A stretch of 64,000 nt of DNA, taken from NCBI GenBank assembly GCA_964016885.1, contig OZ024746.1:56544001-56608000 (forward strand). The letters are read 5' to 3'. The first letter of the stretch is position 1. Each line of letters begins with the position of its first letter. This DNA is from Eledone cirrhosa (taxonomy: Eukaryota). The translations under genes were made by a program, and so were the position numbers. The notes beneath the pieces were generated by a model, which saw only the letters and a program-made list of their open reading frames with translations, was not told the origin of the DNA and searched no databases. Positions 58,968-64,000 of this stretch are shown piece after piece.

Positions 58968-60060
58968 TATATACGATATTAACAAATGCAAACAATATTT
59001 ATAAAACCATATCTATTTTATTATACATATTTCAAGGATACCATGTTAAATTATTAATAATAAAAAAAATCATTTATGCTTTGTATGTACATATTATATA
59101 CGGGAGTAGATATAATGTGTATCTTCTGTGTTTGTATATATATATATATAGTTATGTGTATTTTTGCGTGTGTGTACGTGTTATATGATAGGTAATTTTC
59201 TCTAGCAATATATAGATTTCTTAATGTTTAAATTCCAATTTATAATATATTGATCTCAATGTTTAAACTATATATCTAATCTTAGTTAAGCAATGATTAA
59301 TTTCTCATATTATATATGTATATTCCATTCATGAATATTAATATTTCTAATTTTATTTATTCATTTCATCTCAATTGTTAACTTAACTTAATATGACATA
59401 ACTTAAGGTTTTCGTTCTCTCCCCCTCTCTCTATCTCTATATTTCTCTCTCTTGATTTTTTCTCTCTCTCTAGTGTTTTGATATCTCTCTCTCGTTTTTC
59501 TCTTTTTTATTTTTTATTTTTTATTTTTTCTTTTTTATTTTTTTATTTTTTCTTTTTTCTTTTTTCTTTTTTCTTTTTTTCTTTTTTCTTTTTTCTTTTT
59601 CTTTTTTCTTTTTTCTTTTTTTTTCTTCTTTTTTCTTTTTTTCTTTTTTCTTTTTTCTTTTTTCTCTTTTTCTTTCTTTATATCTCCCTTTCTTTCTCCA
59701 CTTTTCTTCCTCTCGGTTTTTCTCTCTCTCCGCCTTTTTCCTTCTCCGTAACATAATGACTTACTAAGTTAAACAAATCCACTAACCAATGATGTCTTCC
59801 AAAAGTAACGGTTGCATTTTGAAAGGGTATGTCAATATTTATTTATAAAACTGGTATATATTGTATGTTGTCTGATGAAAGCATACCATAATTTAACATG
59901 GTATCCTGGAAATATGTATAATAAAATAGATATGGTTTTATAAATATAGTTTCCATTTGTTAATTTCGTATATTTACTCCAAATACTTGTCGAGTGCTTT
60001 ATATCAGGTATAAAAATATTTGCTTGTTGTATCCCAACAATTTAAATACAACTTTTGCAT
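58968..60060 (+). mobile_element. PLE 3' UTR fragment (family A) with short 5' inversion
   Basis: 58968-59053 is the reverse complement of part of 59890-59975. T-rich UTR, HHR at 59864-59928, TA tracts on both sides. Confidence 0.75.
59864..59928 (+). ncRNA. Type I hammerhead ribozyme, family A
   Basis: UAUGUUGU-CUGAUGA-(AUACCAU/AUGGUAU stem II)-GAAA-UAUGUAUA|AUAAAAUA. Confidence 0.75.
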
Positions 60061-60279
60061 ATGTATATATATATATTTTTTTTTTCTCAACCTGTTAGTT
60101 CTTTCGTTACTTTGGTATTGTGTGTTAGATTTTCTCAGCCACAATATTCAATTTGTCAAGTTATTTAAACGTATGTTATTACTGTAAGGACCTACCTTGT
60201 TGAGTAGTTTGCTAACCCATTTATATAGTAGGCCGAATTTGCTTGCACACCGCCAAAGATTCGATTCTACTAAGCCTCC

Positions 60280-60326
<47 letters not shown>

Positions 60327-60454
60327 AAGTTATATTTAAAATTGTTGGGTTACAACTAGTAAATATTTATAACTGATATAAAAGCACTCAGAAAATATTT
60401 GGAGTATATTTACAATATTAAATAAATGGAAAACTATATTTATAAAACCATATC

Positions 60455-60520
60455 TATTTCATTATATATATTTCGGGGATATCATATTAACAATATGCTA
60501 TGCCTTCATCAGACAAAATA
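60455..60520 (-). ncRNA. Type I hammerhead ribozyme, family A (inverted copy)
   Basis: Reverse complement of 63139-63204. Confidence 0.8.
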
Positions 60521-60881
60521 CAATATAAACAGTTTTATAGATAAATATATTCGACATACCGTAATAAACATCAACTTCATTTGAAGAGGTTTACGCTAGC
60601 AGTGAAAATACAGAGAGAAAAAAGAGAGAAAGAAAAGAGGGAAAAAAGAAAGAAAGAAAGACAAAACAAAGAAAAGGAAGAAAAAGAAGAAAAAGAAAAA
60701 GAAGAAATGCATGGAACACAATAGAGAGATGGAAAAATAGATAAAGCGAAGAGCTTCATGTAAAGAGACAGAAAGATATATATATATAGAGAGAGAGAGG
60801 AAATAGAGATAGATACATATATATATATATAGAAAATTAGGTAGTGGGAGGTCATTTTGAGTAAGTGTATCAATGATACAT

Positions 60882-60912
<31 letters not shown>

Positions 60913-61416
60913 GCTCAAGTATTAATGTAAGGGAGATATATAGAGAGATATAGAGAGATATAGAGAGAGAAAAAAAATTTAAAAATAGCCAGACATATTC
61001 GAGGCGTAGAAAACCCTATGTTTTAATGTATTAGTATTTATAAAACTTACACTATATTGAAAATATCAGTATTCCTGAATGAAACAAGTATTCACAATGT
61101 GTGAAAATTCATTATCTTATGTTTAGTTTTAAAAATTCATATGTTTATGTGACAGCTACAAACATCAATGTGAATCCAACTGATTCACTCCGCAAACTCT
61201 AGGTTACCGGAAAACATTCTCAATGTGGTATAAAAATTTGAGCGTATTATTATTCTTGCGATTACTCTACAAGATTATCTATCAAGCAGAAATAGAGAGC
61301 AGATTTCAATATACTAATCGAAAATATATATTATATTATAAACAAAGATAACAATAATAATAATAATAAGTAAAAATATATAAAAATATAGAATAGAAAA
61401 CTAAAAAAATATTACG

Positions 61417-61680
61417 GATCCAAATAAAAAATCTTCAACGGCACTATCAGGGGTACTCTGGCAACGTAAGCTAGATAACGTTAGATATTCGACGGCTTGG
61501 AATATAGTCTCAAGAGGGATTCCTTTTAATTCATCCTCTGAGACATGTGACCTCTGCGCAGAGGAGATATTCTTTATAATAAAATCTAAAAATTCCCTTA
61601 ACCTACGGACAAATTTATTCAGTTGTTGTAAACATAGATTAAACTCAACGTTTAAATATAAATTTAAATTTAAAATGTAG
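61417..61680 (+). pseudogene. C-terminal fragment of PLE GIY-YIG endonuclease, not in the ORF track
   Basis: Open frame DPNKKSSTALSGVLWQRKLDNVRYSTAWNIVSRGIPFNSSSETCDLCAEEIFFIIKSKNSLNLRTNLFSCCKHRLN..*. Aligns with the 58260-58652 peptide (TAL..W..W.I..C.LC..E..LN...C). Confidence 0.85.
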
Positions 61681-62748
61681 TATATTTGGTTTGATTTATA
61701 TTTATATGAGAACTAGCCGATAAATCTTTTGATTCCTAAATCTTTGATTCCCTCTTTTTACTCTTTTTATTGTTTATTTTATTTTATTTATTTTTATTTT
61801 TATCTAAACATTCCTCATGAAAAATTAAGCTACCCTAAAAGCCGATGCTCCAAATTGTTTTGAATTAACCTTACACTAGATAAACTTCTATATTAAATAT
61901 AGGAACATATGTAGACATTATTGGACATCATAATCGTTTTGCGATATTATTTGCTTGATGTGATTTGATAGATAATTTTTGGCTTTGTCTTGTAGTGAAC
62001 TTGGCAATATATTGTCAATTAACTTTGAAGGGTTGTTCTTTGTGGTTTATTTTTATTTTCATTTTTATTTTTATTTTTATTTTTATTTTTATTTTTATTT
62101 TTATTCTTTTAGTATTGTAGTATTCTATAATATTTTTATTTTTTATTTTATTTTTAATATTTTTATATGTAAATTTTTAATACGTAATATTTTTTAATAC
62201 GTAGTATTTTTAATATGCAATATTTTTATTATGTAATATTCTTTCGTAATATTTTTTTAGTTTTCTATTCTATATTTTTATATATTTTTACTTATTATTA
62301 TTATTATTGTTATCTTTGTTTATAATATAATATATATTTTCGATTAGTATATTGAAATCTGCTCTCTATTTCTGCTTGATAGATAATCTTGTAGAGTAAT
62401 CGCAAGAATAATAATACGCTCAAATTTTTATACCACATTGAGAATGTTTTCCGGTAACCTAGAGTTTGCGGAGTGAATCAGTTGGATTCACATTGATGTT
62501 TGTAGCTGTCACATAAACATATGAATTTTTAAAACTAAACATAAGATAATGAATTTTCACACATTGTGAATACTTGTTTCATTCAGGAATACTGATATTT
62601 ACAATATAGTGTAAGTTTTATAAATACTAATACATTAAAACATAGGGTTTTCTACGCCTCGAATATGTCTGGCTATTTTTAAATTTTTTTTCTCTCTCTA
62701 TATCTCTCTATATCTCTCTATATATCTCCCTTACATTAATACTTGAGC

Positions 62749-62779
<31 letters not shown>

Positions 62780-63138
62780 ATGTATCATTGATACACTTAC
62801 TCAAAATGACCTCCCACTACCTAATTTTCTATATATATATATGTATCTATCTCTATTTCCTCTCTCTCTATATATATATATATCTTTCTGTCTCTTTACA
62901 TGAAGCTCTTCGCTTTATCTATTTTTCCATCTCTCTATTTTGTTCCATGCATTTCTTCTTTTTCTTTTTCTTCTTTTTCTTCCTTTTCTTTGTTTTGTCT
63001 TTCTTTCTTTCTTTTTTCCCTCTTTTCTTTCTCTCTTTTTTCTCTCTGTATTTTCACTGCTAGCGTAAACCTCTTCAAATGAAGTTGATGTTTATTACGG
63101 TATGTCGAATATATTTATCTATAAAACTGTTTATATTG

Positions 63139-63204
63139 TATTTTGTCTGATGAAGGCATAGCATATTGTTAATATGATATCCCCGAAATATATATAATGA
63201 AATA
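63139..63204 (+). ncRNA. Type I hammerhead ribozyme, family A
   Basis: UAUUUUGU-CUGAUGA-stem II-GAAA-UAUAUAUA|AUGAAAUA. Confidence 0.8.
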
Positions 63205-63242
63205 GATATGGTTTTATAAATATAGTTTTCCATTTATTTAAT

Positions 63243-63326
<84 letters not shown>

Positions 63327-63474
63327 TATATATATATATGTATAAATATATATATATATAGGAACAAGTATGACCCCGACGGTGGTAATGTTCCTATTAC
63401 CCACTCTACTACCCTAAGCATTGAGTACTCTGCTGCGTTATGGTCCATCTGGTTACTTACCACAGTTCCTTAGT

Positions 63475-63548
<74 letters not shown>

Positions 63549-63550
63549 TA

Positions 63551-63633
<83 letters not shown>

Positions 63634-63645
63634 CATACATATAAG

Positions 63646-63683
<38 letters not shown>

Positions 63684-64000
63684 GTATAACAGTTTTAATA
63701 TAGATGAGATTCTACAGGACTAGAACTGTTTCATTCTTTAGAAATCATCAGGAATATATATATATACATACACACATACATACACACATATGTATATATA
63801 TATATATATGTGTGTATATATATATGTGTGTGTGTATATATATATGTGTGTGTGTGTGTGTATATATATGTATGTATGTGTATATTGTATTTATATATAT
63901 ATATATACATGTATATATATGTATATATATATATATATATGTATATATATGTGTATGTATGTATTTGTGTGTGTATATACATATATATATATATATATAT

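Larger units (their letters stand above)
60325..63248 (+). mobile_element. 5'-truncated PLE with inverted pseudo-LTR
   Basis: GIY-YIG C-terminus at 61417-61680, then an AT-rich 3' UTR ending with an HHR at 63139-63204 next to (TA)n. About 1 kb (62245-63248) is duplicated in inverted orientation at 60411-61416, nearly identical. Confidence 0.88.

Overview
This is AT-rich, microsatellite-saturated, apparently non-genic animal DNA. The SINE and repeat content suggests an octopus or other cephalopod (inference). I can support no host protein-coding exon; most listed ORFs are (TA)n/(CA)n/(TAC)n artefacts. The main hidden structure is a dense set of more than 20 type I hammerhead ribozyme (HHR) motifs from about 12 sequence families. 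Nearly all sit in short non-coding inserts within (TA)n tracts and carry a 5' inversion. Three form tandem arrays of near-identical monomers with one HHR per unit (483 bp at 3171-4768, 310 bp at 9281-10704, 316 bp at 19896-21468), which is the architecture of non-LTR retrozymes/circular RNAs. Four families use the U3-A8 core variant (UUGANAA). Two Penelope-like element (PLE) remnants with C-terminal GIY-YIG endonuclease sequence (57745-58953 minus; 60325-63248) carry the same kind of HHR in their 3' UTR, which points to the likely mobiliser. Also present are about 20 tRNA-derived MetaSINE-like copies and decayed LINEs (Dong/R4-like, CR1/Jockey-like, L1/Tx1-like, RTE-like). All folds and translations were done by eye and coordinates may be off by a few bases.
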